In this document: piece by piece, positions 10,501 through 18,844 of the stretch | How the letters are laid out: each line of letters starts with the position of its first letter | How positions within the stretch are numbered: the first letter of the stretch is position 1 | Assembly: GCA_050246315.1 (NCBI GenBank) | Contig: JBFWWG010000001.1 | Coordinates: 160,001-224,000 of the forward strand | Reading direction: 5' to 3' | DNA length: 64,000 nt | Source: Nitrospiraceae bacterium | Lineage (GTDB): Bacteria > Nitrospirota > Nitrospiria > Nitrospirales > Nitrospiraceae | Notes under the pieces: generated by a model | Told to the model about the DNA's origin: nothing | Databases searched by the model: none | Seen by the model: only the letters and a program-made list of their open reading frames with translations | Program-made: the position numbers and the translations under genes

Positions 10501-10764
10501 GCGAAGCTCCTTCAGCCCGATGCGTCCCTCACGAACAAAGCAACGATACTCGTCGCTGCTGAGATACCCCCGCCCGCCGAACAGCTCGGTTCCCCGTTCC
10601 ACGGCCTGCTCAAACGGCAACGTCTCCAGCCCGTGCAGCGGATTGTGATGGATGAAGGTGCGCATGGGCCAACACTGAGCGATGACCTCCCCAGCCAACT
10701 CAACATAGGACCGCAACTCCATTCGCTGCGCATCGGTATAGCGGTCACGCGTCGCCTCGGTCAT
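7453..10764 (-). CDS. dabA: DabA (DUF2309/UPF0753) inorganic carbon transporter, beta-carbonic-anhydrase-like subunit
   Basis: FIHHNPL, FCIDVRSE, CAHGS, ALDCGACGG, EVRPEWGL, GSGSKVYHN, HEPMRL motifs; coupled to upstream NuoL-like gene. Confidence 0.92.
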   Translation of the reverse strand: MTEATRDRYTDAQRMELRSYVELAGEVIAQCWPMRTFIHHNPLHGLETLPFEQAVERGTELFGGRGYLSSDEYRCFVREGRIGLKELRAVLAPLASENRLCFAGRSLSHLDVLTLSIVDGVTEDGPFAAESTAQEDAATVERVLSWLRAASAQEPASSGRVSSPDLPPEWPLDETLGIWCDRTFGTSLLETINREMVKWCSAFLDEGEVGWSMPGREQTFYRAWKSLAQHDTTLRLIGIPDASAKILALSDRSEDALLEHLATMTIPKASWESYLARHLAAMPGWVGYIKWRAQQGSHPWQEEFPIDLVKYLSVRLFYEREFVEVACRAHLGIAGGEEALRRYVDQYPVAYRLRRAWIGGQVPDSIGKEVRRLLRSKQRLDHQAWETLGRQHRDLEVDVRAQQDRRKAARSLIRLARALSIDPAVIESTPSSDLRLLLTWLDSFPASRQKPVWLQALEATHRRQVLRKLASEATATDLAATDTVAASRPLAQVVFCIDVRSEVYRRHLEHLGGYETLGLAGFFGVPLDYRPFAARHAVSHCPVLLKPKNQVREVPRSYHGALADRHKTATKLSQAARALLHDLKENVVTPYVMVEAIGWFFSLPLFGRTLLPVRYDQVKRWLMRIFMPAVATTLTVEKLARAQAEEMVAAEQQVVIRELLRERFGLSGAALSPTLLETIRKKAVGQTEDTNGDVAKALGFTPAEETVFYEELRERHRVSPRGISSRLDRLTHTGFSIVEQAYFVEAALRLMGLTSNFARAVVFCAHGSTSYNNPYESALDCGACGGNHGLPNARTIAAMANKPAVRNLLQDRGIPIPSDTQFLAAEHDTTTDRVRLIDLEDVPATHRKDLQRLMADLDEAGAQAALERAGSFPQGQPADARGARQLARRRSDDWAEVRPEWGLSKNSLIVIGRRSATQRVDMRGRAFLHSYDHRQDASGKLLETIMTAPLVVAQWINMEHYFSTVDNEVYGSGSKVYHNVTGRVGVMSGVWSDLRIGLPAQTVMNGPAPYHEPMRLLAIIEAPRERIRGIIYRHPLLEQLFNLGWVSLVALDPRDRQCYRYDRAADWIHEELDEGGQDHDQLDAASHEGNQDRCAGGSVEVCH

Positions 10765-12488
10765 CGTGGCACTCGATCGGAAATCGGCCGCGGGCGGTTG
10801 CGCGGTTCCCTAGGTCCGGAACCGGTACTGACGGCCCTCACTGCATCCTCGACATACAGACCGTTGAGAAACGCAACATAGAGGCGGGTATGGAGCGGCT
10901 CGAGCCAGGCCGGAAGTAACAGTCGCATCCCATGGGCTTTCCCATATAAGACGACCCACACGGCGACGACTAGCAGCGCCGATACCCCGACAAACGCATC
11001 GAACAAATGCTGATTCCAAGCTGCGGCTTGGAAGGATGCGGCCACCTGTCCCGGCTCCGGATAGAGGAAATGCGTGAAGGCTTCACCGGCCCAGAGATAG
11101 GTGAGCCCGATGAACGCCAGGGTCGCGATCATCACGGCTGAAACGTCCCAAGATCCGACGGCGTTGAGGCGGTAGAGGCTGAAGATGGCCTGTGCCGAAG
11201 TCACCCAAGCAAAGAACAGGAAGATGACTGTGCCCTGGGATTGGAAGAGCGGAATATTCACCAAGCCATGCGCGATCAGCAGGATGACCAACGGCAACAC
11301 AAGGGTCAGCGCCAATCCGGTGGCCCAAAGCACGAAGGAAAAGGCCGGCGTCTCCCTCACGGCATGATGGCCGGGCAGCTTGAATTCCGTCCGGGCCTTA
11401 TGGATGTTCACTCCCGAGTTGAGAAACAGCGTGGCCTTGAACAGCCCATGGGCACAGAGATGGAACACCGCCAACGCGAACGCGCCCAGACCACACTCCA
11501 TCACCATGTAGCCCATTTGTCCCATGGTCGAGTAGACCAACGTCCGCTTCACGCTGGACTGAGTCAGCATGGTCGCCGCGCCGATCAGGGCCGTGAGCCC
11601 TCCGATCACGAACATCAGATGGAGGGTCGTCGGTGCAAGGCTGTACAGCGGAGCCAACCTGTTGACCAGGAAGCCTCCTGCGTTGACGATCCCCGCGTGA
11701 AGGAGGGCCGATACAGGGGTGGGAGCCTCTATCGTGCCGGGCAACCAGATGTGAAACGGAAACTGCGCCGACTTGGTCATCACGGAAACCAGCAGGAGCA
11801 TCGTGGTCACAGATGGCACATCCAACTGCAGCCCGGCATCGAGCCATGGGACGGATTGCACCGGAGACTGCCTCACGATGGCGAAGATCTCACCAAGGTC
11901 CACCGTCCCGCAAGTCGCATAGAGCACCAGGACCGCCGCTGCGAATGCGACATCGCCGATTCCTTGGATTCGCAATGTTCTTCGACCGGCTTGGACGGCA
12001 GCCGTGCTCGCCGCACGGAACGAGACGAGCGCGACAAGGAACCATGTGACCAGATGCCACCAGAGAAACAACCACAGCAGATTGCCGCTGGTGACCAAGA
12101 GTAAGAGCACGAATGTCAGCAGCCCAAGAAGAGAGAAGAACCGGAGGTACCTCGGATCGCCGGTCATGTATCGGCGCGAATAGACGTGAATCACCAAACT
12201 GACCCATGTGATCAGAACCATCATCACGGCGGCGAGGCGGTCGACCAGCACGGAGTAGCTCATGAAACCCGAGTGGGCGGCTAGGAGGGTCACCTTGATC
12301 GACTCTCCCTGAAGCACCACCACCAGTGTCGCTACCGATGCCAGAGCCGAGGCCCAGAGCGCCGTGATCCCGATCAGACCGCTTCGCTCCCCCAGACCGG
12401 AGCCGAAAAATGGGATCGCCACCCCTGAGAGCAGAGGTGCGAACAGGGCTATTGCCAGAAAGATTGATTCCACTAGAGGCTCCATCAC
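10761..12488 (-). CDS. dabB: DabB NuoL-like membrane subunit of the DAB carbon pump
   Basis: Multi-TM; KSAQFPFHIWLP, EAPTPVSALLHAG, STMGQMG, HGLFKATLFL; ATGA overlap with dabA. Confidence 0.88.
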   Translation of the reverse strand: MMEPLVESIFLAIALFAPLLSGVAIPFFGSGLGERSGLIGITALWASALASVATLVVVLQGESIKVTLLAAHSGFMSYSVLVDRLAAVMMVLITWVSLVIHVYSRRYMTGDPRYLRFFSLLGLLTFVLLLLVTSGNLLWLFLWWHLVTWFLVALVSFRAASTAAVQAGRRTLRIQGIGDVAFAAAVLVLYATCGTVDLGEIFAIVRQSPVQSVPWLDAGLQLDVPSVTTMLLLVSVMTKSAQFPFHIWLPGTIEAPTPVSALLHAGIVNAGGFLVNRLAPLYSLAPTTLHLMFVIGGLTALIGAATMLTQSSVKRTLVYSTMGQMGYMVMECGLGAFALAVFHLCAHGLFKATLFLNSGVNIHKARTEFKLPGHHAVRETPAFSFVLWATGLALTLVLPLVILLIAHGLVNIPLFQSQGTVIFLFFAWVTSAQAIFSLYRLNAVGSWDVSAVMIATLAFIGLTYLWAGEAFTHFLYPEPGQVAASFQAAAWNQHLFDAFVGVSALLVVAVWVVLYGKAHGMRLLLPAWLEPLHTRLYVAFLNGLYVEDAVRAVSTGSGPREPRNRPRPISDRVPR

Positions 12489-12683
12489 CGGCTTCGATCA
12501 GCAAGAAGGAGACCGCGAGAACCAGGCTTCCTAAACATGATCATAAGACACAGAATCTCCATGGTTACTTGTCTGTCTTCTCTCATGCGGCATGGTTCGA
12601 TACTCAGATCGACGTGAGGAAACGATGTGTGCCGGCGCACTCATGTGCGCCAACGCACCGGTTTATCAACGGGCCATGAGCGT

Positions 12684-12716
12684 GCTGCAATCAACCCCTA
12701 GCTGCAATCAACCCTA
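12684..12716. repeat. Tandem direct repeat GCTGCAATCAACCC(C)TA x2 upstream of dabB
   Basis: gctgcaatcaaccccta immediately followed by gctgcaatcaacccta. Confidence 0.6.
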
Positions 12717-13041
12717 ATAGGTAGATCGCGACTCCTCATACCAACGACTCTCGATCGGTCGTTCCGGCGGCCTGACCGGAGGCCGATGGATTCTGCATGA
12801 GGTGGAAGGATACTGTCACGAGGTTTGTTCAGCGTTGAAGAAGGCATGAAAGAGGAAAGGGGCTGCTGTTCTCGACGATGCGGGACCTGATGGCAGATGG
12901 CGCTACCATTAACCCTCTAACCCTTTCCCTGCTAAGCCAGCTCGATCACCCACAATAACCAAGACCTGAAGGGAGGAATCCGTGAAAACGCAACAGGTGT
13001 GGAGTTTTGGCAACAGCCAACTCATTTCGAGCTCATATCAC

Positions 13042-13108
13042 CAAGTCATTGATATTAAATATGTAATTTACTAAACTTCGGCTCGAACTCTATTGGCACA
13101 TAAGTTGT
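13042..13108 (+). promoter_or_regulatory. Putative sigma-54 promoter of lpxC with upstream IHF site
   Basis: TGGCAC-ATAAG-TTGT at 13094-13108 (-24/-12 like); IHF consensus TATCAA-TGAC-TTG on the minus strand at 13042-13054. Confidence 0.5.
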
Positions 13109-13129
13109 ATATGCCTACCAATCGTCATC

Positions 13130-14074
13130 ATGCGCTATCAACAAACCATAGCCTCTCCGATCACCTGCACTGGTATTGGACTCCATTCCGGGCAGCCGGT
13201 CACCATGACCCTGCTCCCCGCTCCTTCCAACACCGGAGTCGTGTTCCTTCGCAAGGCGGGTGGATCGGCGATTCCGTTGGGCGCCACCATCAGTAATTTG
13301 GTGGCAACGGAACTTTGTACGGCTATCAGCAGCGCCGGCACTCAGATCAAGACCATCGAGCATATCCTGGCCGCACTCTGTGGGTTGGGCGTCGATAACG
13401 TCTACATTGAGATCGACGCCGGTGAAGTCCCGGTCATGGATGGGAGCGCCGGCCCATTCGTGCGTCTGATCAAGGCCGCCGGGATCGTGCCCCAGACCCG
13501 TGCCCAACGGTTCCTCAAGATCACGCAACCGATAGAGATCATGGACAGAGGCCGTCGTGTCGTGATCGAACCGTCTCCGACGCCTAAGGTCACCTATACG
13601 ATCGCCTATGACCATCCGCTGATCGGCATCCAGAGTTACGAGTATGAATGTGCCGCCGACTCGTTCGAACGAGAAATCGCTGATGCGCGGACGTTCGGCT
13701 TCCTGAAGGAAGTGGAAGCCCTCTGGTCGCGCGGACTAGGAAAGGGCGGTTCTCTGGATAATACCGTCGTCCTGTCCGACAACGATGTGATGAACCAGAC
13801 CGGCCTCCGATTCCAGGATGAATTTGTTCGGCACAAGGTTCTGGACTTGGTAGGCGATCTCTCGCTCCTGGGCATGCCCTTCATCGGACATGTCAAAGCG
13901 GAGCGTTCCGGTCATGCCCTCCATACGTCATTGGTCAATCAGATTCTGCGTCGCCCGGAATGCTGGGTTCTTCTGTCCTTGGAGGATCAGCCGGTCGCTG
14001 CGGAACGGTCGCTCCTCCAGCCCTGCACGATTTATCACGCCTCTGCCCTGACGGCTCCGGTCGCCTCGGTCTAA
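13130..14074 (+). CDS. lpxC: UDP-3-O-acyl-N-acetylglucosamine deacetylase
   Basis: GIGLHSG, TIEHILAAL, EVPVMDGSA, ARTFGF, GGSLDN, RHKVLDLVGDL, SGHALH. Confidence 0.97.
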   Translation: MRYQQTIASPITCTGIGLHSGQPVTMTLLPAPSNTGVVFLRKAGGSAIPLGATISNLVATELCTAISSAGTQIKTIEHILAALCGLGVDNVYIEIDAGEVPVMDGSAGPFVRLIKAAGIVPQTRAQRFLKITQPIEIMDRGRRVVIEPSPTPKVTYTIAYDHPLIGIQSYEYECAADSFEREIADARTFGFLKEVEALWSRGLGKGGSLDNTVVLSDNDVMNQTGLRFQDEFVRHKVLDLVGDLSLLGMPFIGHVKAERSGHALHTSLVNQILRRPECWVLLSLEDQPVAAERSLLQPCTIYHASALTAPVASV

Positions 14075-14162
14075 CTCTTCGGTAAAGTCCTTCCCCGATG
14101 ACGTTCGTCTCGACCCGTATCGGGTTTCGGTCGATAAGCCGGAATTCCACCGTCCGCTGCAG

Positions 14163-14202
14163 AAAAAAATGCGCCGGAGGTAAGTGGCCTTACCTCCGGC
14201 GC
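14163..14202 (-). terminator. Rho-independent terminator
   Basis: Perfect 14-bp stem gcgccggaggtaag/cttacctccggcgc with a 4-nt loop, followed by a T7 run on the minus strand. Confidence 0.85.
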
Positions 14203-14221
14203 CTGGAGCGGGGGGAGTGAC

Positions 14222-14260
14222 TTACTTCTTCTTCTTCTTCGCAGCCTTCTTCGTTGCCAA
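14222..14260 (-). CDS. Putative 12-aa lysine-rich microprotein MATKKAAKKKKK
   Basis: TTG start after a strong SD GGGAGGTGA; TAA stop; terminator 20 nt downstream. Confidence 0.6.
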   Translation of the reverse strand: MATKKAAKKKKK

Positions 14261-14683
14261 CGCCCTCACCTCCCTTCACACATGACGTCACGAGTGAATT
14301 GCCGTGGAACGGTCCGCCGCCGCGTCGCGCACGCGAACCGGTGCCGAAGGCCACGCGGCGTGCGGCCTCTTGGTTCGCTGAATTGAACGGAAAATCGATG
14401 ACGATCGTGACGCGCAGGAGCCGAGTTCAGGATGCAGGAATGTCGAAAAGGATGAACTGGAGTGCAGCCTACCACTCAGGTGCGCGGCGAATCCCGCATC
14501 GCTCACGCAAACCCGTTGCGTTGCGGATCGATAATTGGAAACAATCCCGAACGGACAATTAAACGAAACGCGCTTGTCATCAAGCTTGAGAAGGGGAAGG
14601 CGAGAGGCGAAACGTCGTGGTTCGTATTCGATGTTCAATCCTTTGAGTTCTCCAAAATCGGATCTCACTCAAAGCATGTGTGC

Positions 14684-14712
14684 TTTATAGCAACAGCGTT
14701 CACTGAGATCAA
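14684..14712 (-). promoter_or_regulatory. Putative sigma-70 promoter
   Basis: TTGATC-17 nt-TATAAA with extended -10 TGn on the minus strand. Confidence 0.55.
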
Positions 14713-14834
14713 CAAAAATCTCTTGCACTCGGCGGCGACGACGACTCGCTGGCTCTCTTTTCGGTCGTCGCTGGCTCATTTCACCTGAAAGTGTAGCACG
14801 TGTGGATGGTTTATCAATCGAGGCGAGGAACCGA

Positions 14835-15647
14835 ATGAGTCGCGATGCTCAACCAGAATCACTGACACACGCCATGGATACGGCGGTCGCCGCCGCGCGG
14901 AAAGCCGGCGCGCTTCTTCGTGAACAGGCGGAGTCGGGGTTCGGGATCGAACGAAAGACATCAATCGTCAACCTGGTAACCGATGCCGACCGAGCTGCGG
15001 AAGAGTCGATCGTGACACAGCTTCTGGCCGCATACCCGACGCACGGGGTGCTCGCCGAGGAACGGGGACAGGACGGCCGTGTGGAATCACACTGCCGATG
15101 GATTATCGATCCGCTCGACGGCACCACCAACTTCGCCCACGGCTTTCCCTTCTATTCCATCTCCATTGCGCTGGAACAGCAGGGAACCTGCGTCCTGGGC
15201 GTGGTCCTGGACCCGATTCATGACGAACTGTTCACGGGCGAGATGGGACGAGGCGCGCGGCTCAACGGCCGGCCGATACAGGTATCCCGTGTGGCGGTCC
15301 TGGATGACGCGCTGCTGGCCACCGGGTTCGCCTATGACATCCGGGAGGCCGCCGACAACAACCTGGACCACTTCAACCGCTTTGCATTGCGCGCACAGGG
15401 AATTCGCCGCACAGGATCGGCGGCCTTGGATCTCTGCTACGTGGCGGCGGGAAGACTTGATGGCTATTGGGAGGTGACACTGAGCCCTTGGGACTCGGCC
15501 GCCGGATCGGTCATCCTGAGGGAAGCCGGTGGCCGGATCACGCACTTCGATGGCTCCCGCTATTCCATCTACGGTCAGAACCTGGTCGCCAGCAATGGCC
15601 CGCTACATCCATCTCTGTTGCAGGTGTTGGCCGAACGGTCGAAATAG
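14835..15647 (+). CDS. suhB: Inositol monophosphatase family protein
   Basis: LVTDAD, AEE, WIIDPLDGTTNFAHG, RRTGSAALDL, WDSAAG; GAGGA RBS before ATG 14835. Confidence 0.93.
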   Translation: MSRDAQPESLTHAMDTAVAAARKAGALLREQAESGFGIERKTSIVNLVTDADRAAEESIVTQLLAAYPTHGVLAEERGQDGRVESHCRWIIDPLDGTTNFAHGFPFYSISIALEQQGTCVLGVVLDPIHDELFTGEMGRGARLNGRPIQVSRVAVLDDALLATGFAYDIREAADNNLDHFNRFALRAQGIRRTGSAALDLCYVAAGRLDGYWEVTLSPWDSAAGSVILREAGGRITHFDGSRYSIYGQNLVASNGPLHPSLLQVLAERSK

Positions 15648-15741
15648 GGAGGCGACCTTGCGACTGGTGGCGACCGCCCGGGTGTACAGCCCGCAGGTCG
15701 TTGGGGTATGATGCGGCTCCCATTTCATCCAGGTTGGACAC

Positions 15742-16020
15742 ATGGCGTCTCAAGGGCCTCAGAATCAGAACCACGAGCAGGGCGAATCGTCAGACCAGAC
15801 AGTGACGGTCAAGGAGGTCGAACTCCTCCGCGTGATGGTCAGTCGAAGCGGACTGGCGGTCTCCGCCGAGTGGGCGATCCATCCGCAACTCAAGCAGGAT
15901 TTACCTCCCGACGATTGGAAGGAAGTCGCCGACCTCATGGGCAAGGTGACCAATCTGGTGGGTTCTCGATTCAAGCAAGTCCTTTCCGAGGTCGAGCCTG
16001 ATCCACCGGGCAACGCGTGA
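15742..16020 (+). CDS. Hypothetical protein
   Basis: 92-aa ORF with ATG start and protein-like composition, co-oriented with neighbours. Confidence 0.65.
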   Translation: MASQGPQNQNHEQGESSDQTVTVKEVELLRVMVSRSGLAVSAEWAIHPQLKQDLPPDDWKEVADLMGKVTNLVGSRFKQVLSEVEPDPPGNA

Positions 16021-16101
16021 CCGATCCGGCCGTCGCCCCGCCGTCTTCCTCTCTACCGGCCGTGTCCGTTCATCTGATCCGACAGCGTGAAGGAGGCCGT
16101 A

Positions 16102-16434
16102 ATGGAGACCTATTACCATCCCCATGACCTGGGCAAGTTCGCCGATATGGGCAAGGGAAACAAGGAACTGTGGGACAAATTCATGAGTTACTACAGCGCC
16201 GTCTTTGCGGAGGGCGCCCTCACGGAGCGCGAAAAGGCGCTCATCGCCCTGGGAGTTTCCCATGCCGTGCAATGCCCTTACTGCATCGACGCCTATACGC
16301 AAGCCGCTCTGGAGAAGGGTTCGAACGTGGAGGAGATGACCGAAGCCGTCCATGTGGCCTGCGCGATTCGCGGGGGAGCTTCGCTGGTGCATGGCGTGCA
16401 GATGCGGAACGTAGCCGAGAAGTTGTCCATGTGA
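16102..16434 (+). CDS. AhpD/carboxymuconolactone decarboxylase family peroxidase-like protein
   Basis: EKALIALGVSHAVQCPYC (CxxC); AAGGAGG RBS. Confidence 0.88.
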   Translation: METYYHPHDLGKFADMGKGNKELWDKFMSYYSAVFAEGALTEREKALIALGVSHAVQCPYCIDAYTQAALEKGSNVEEMTEAVHVACAIRGGASLVHGVQMRNVAEKLSM

Positions 16435-16539
16435 GAAGGGATGATCGGACGTCAGTCGTCTACCGCCAAGCGGACCAGAGGTGTTGTTCCCTTCGCGATT
16501 GACACATACCCGTTGACGAGTGGCGAATGACGGGCTGGT

Positions 16540-17553
16540 TTACGCCGGCAGGTAGCCATTGGCCCGGAACCAGGAGATGGCGTCCCGGATCGCTTGGTCG
16601 ATCGGACGTTTGGCGGTGAATCCCAGCTCGCGGGTGGCCTTGGAGCAGTCATACTGCTGCATGTGGGCCAACATCTCGACAAAGAAGCCTGGCACCGGCG
16701 ACGGGCGCCTGAGGATCGTCCGGACTCCCCAGTCAAAGGCCTTGAAAGCCGGACGGGCGAACCAGGGTGGTATGGGAACCAGCGGAGCCACCACGCCCAG
16801 CTCCCTGGCGATCAGCCGGTTCACCTCCTGTTGAGTCGTGTTCCAATTGCCAAGCAGATACCGCTCACCGACCCTGCCCCGTTCCGCCGCGAGGATCATG
16901 CCCTCCGCCACGTCTCGCACATCAATCGCGTTGACCGGCCCATCGATATAGCCCGGCATCAGCCTTCGGGCAATCATCAGAACCACCGTTCCGCTGGTGG
17001 GTTTGCTGTCGTAGGGTCCGTAGCAGGCGGTGGGACAGACGATGACCGCCGGTAGGCCTGCCTCGGCCGCCTGCTTCACCTCCCGTTCCATTTCGACCTT
17101 GGCCATCAGATAGGGATTGTCGCGATAGCGGGTCGAAAACACGCAATCCTCATTCGCCAGTTGACCGACTTGGGCGGGATAGCCGATCGTCATCAAGGCG
17201 CTGACGAAGACCATCCGCTCGACGTTGGCGGCGCGGACAGCTTCTAAAACGTGGTGCGTCTCCTGGAGAGCTTGCCGAACTGCTGTGCCGACGGGAACGG
17301 TAGCGGGAGGGTAGTAGCCGGCGACATGATAGACCCTGGCGATTCCCTCGCAGGCTGCGGCGAGTGACCCTGGCTCGTTCAGATCGCCCGGGACACGCTC
17401 GACATCGAGCCCATGAAGGGTCGCATGGCCCTTCGCCTGCTTGCTGGATTGGATCGGCCTGGCCAGCACCCGAACATGCTCACCGCGGGCCAAGAGCGCA
17501 CGGACGAGATTGGAACCGAGAAAACCGGTACCGCCGAGGACCAGGACCCGCAT
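16540..17553 (-). CDS. NAD-dependent epimerase/dehydratase (HpnA/dihydroflavonol reductase-like)
   Basis: GGTGFLG Rossmann motif, YxxxK (YLMAK), DVRDVAEG, GERYLLG. Confidence 0.88.
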   Translation of the reverse strand: MRVLVLGGTGFLGSNLVRALLARGEHVRVLARPIQSSKQAKGHATLHGLDVERVPGDLNEPGSLAAACEGIARVYHVAGYYPPATVPVGTAVRQALQETHHVLEAVRAANVERMVFVSALMTIGYPAQVGQLANEDCVFSTRYRDNPYLMAKVEMEREVKQAAEAGLPAVIVCPTACYGPYDSKPTSGTVVLMIARRLMPGYIDGPVNAIDVRDVAEGMILAAERGRVGERYLLGNWNTTQQEVNRLIARELGVVAPLVPIPPWFARPAFKAFDWGVRTILRRPSPVPGFFVEMLAHMQQYDCSKATRELGFTAKRPIDQAIRDAISWFRANGYLPA

Positions 17554-17637
17554 CCGTCTTCTCCGGGCTCTCTCTCTCGCCCGCTCCCGTGAGAGGAGAG
17601 TAGGGACGAGGAGGTGATGAAGGGGTGGGCCACCGGG

Positions 17638-17985
17638 CTAGCCGCTCACTCGAAACGGCTCAAACGCCCGATCCGCCTTGGCCGCCATATAGAAATCGCT
17701 CTCAGTCAGACCATTGATCTTATGAGTCCAGATCTCCACCTTGCATTTGCCCCAGGCCAGATAGAGGTCCGGATGGTGCCCTTCCGCCTCGGCGATCCCT
17801 CCCACCTTGTTCACAAAATCGAGCGCCTGCGCAAAATCTTTGAAGGTGTAGAGCCGCTCCAAATGCCCCGCCCCATTCAGCGACCAGCCGCGGCCGAGTT
17901 CCGTCAGGAGTTCCTGCGTACGTGCAGCCGGCAGGGGAGGCACCCCGCCCCGGCAGGGCACGCATTTATTGTCCGCCAATCCCAT
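17638..17985 (-). CDS. phhB: Pterin-4-alpha-carbinolamine dehydratase
   Basis: CVPCRGG, AEAEGHHPD, WTHKINGLTESDFYMAAK. Confidence 0.9.
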   Translation of the reverse strand: MGLADNKCVPCRGGVPPLPAARTQELLTELGRGWSLNGAGHLERLYTFKDFAQALDFVNKVGGIAEAEGHHPDLYLAWGKCKVEIWTHKINGLTESDFYMAAKADRAFEPFRVSG

Positions 17986-18075
17986 ATTGCCCCCTTTCAC
18001 CTGCCGCTCCGCCTCAGATAGTCCGTCTTTTGTATGGCACCGAGCCACTCATCGCACGCGACAATACACACCCTG

Positions 18076-18528
18076 TCACGGTTTGTGCCCGCGCTCGAAA
18101 AAGAGTCCGCGATTGACGTCGCCGACGCTGACGATCCCGACCAACTTTCCTCGTTCGACGACTGGGATGCGCCGGAAATTCTTGAGCCCCATGTAAGAGG
18201 CCGCTTGCAATACGGGGTCGTTCGGCGACACGGTCATCGGGTTGACGCTCATAACCTCCTCGACCTTCTTCCCTAACACCTCGGAGTAGCCCTCTTCCAT
18301 CTCGACAAAATCGCGGCTATGGACGTTATCGTGAATGTAGTCGCCGTAGTTGGGGTAGAGGGGCAGGAGCACGTCCCGCAGGGTCACGATGCCCACCAAG
18401 CGTCCGTCGTCCTCGACGACCGGCACAGACGCAAAATGCCGACTGAGCATCTTCACGACCGCCGAGCGCACCGTATCGGTCTTTTTCGCCGTGACTACAC
18501 CGGTCGACATCACCTCATGCACAAGCAT
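18076..18528 (-). CDS. Tandem CBS domain protein
   Basis: Two CBS repeats (VPVVEDDGRLVGIVT; IPVVERGKLVGIVSVGD); AAGGAGG RBS. Confidence 0.9.
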   Translation of the reverse strand: MLVHEVMSTGVVTAKKTDTVRSAVVKMLSRHFASVPVVEDDGRLVGIVTLRDVLLPLYPNYGDYIHDNVHSRDFVEMEEGYSEVLGKKVEEVMSVNPMTVSPNDPVLQAASYMGLKNFRRIPVVERGKLVGIVSVGDVNRGLFFERGHKP

Positions 18529-18650
18529 GGCACCCTCCTTTCGCAGGCTCGTCACGTCCTGAATCGTAGCGCCTGATAACCTCAGGGGGGAAAGCCTAGC
18601 ACCGGGCGGGAATCATCGCAAGGGCGGGGCCGCGGCAAACAGAAGAACTC

Positions 18651-18778
18651 CGTCACTCGTCATTCGTCACACGTCAGATGGATCGGACCGGTACGTCTTC
18701 TCATCCTGGTCTCCTTGTCGCTGCTCGATTGACAGATGACGACTGACGCTTGGCCCTTGACGCCTGACGCTTGACGAC
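18651..18778. repeat. Pair of inverted heptamer tandem arrays (CGTCAnn x4 / TGACGnn-like x7)
   Basis: cgtcact-cgtcatt-cgtcaca-cgtcaga at 18651-18678; tgacaga-tgacgac-tgacgct-tggccct-tgacgcc-tgacgct-tgacgac at 18730-18778. Confidence 0.75.
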
Positions 18779-18844
18779 AGGTCGAGCCGCCGCGATCACC
18801 CACCAATCAGATACCAGCCTGGGAACGGCCTCACCATCCTGACG

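Noticed and set aside
14075..14680. RNase P RNA
   Set aside because: GAATTCCGGCTTAT on the minus strand resembles the rnpB 3' motif, but the GAGGAAAGTCC 5' motif is missing on that strand and a terminator intervenes
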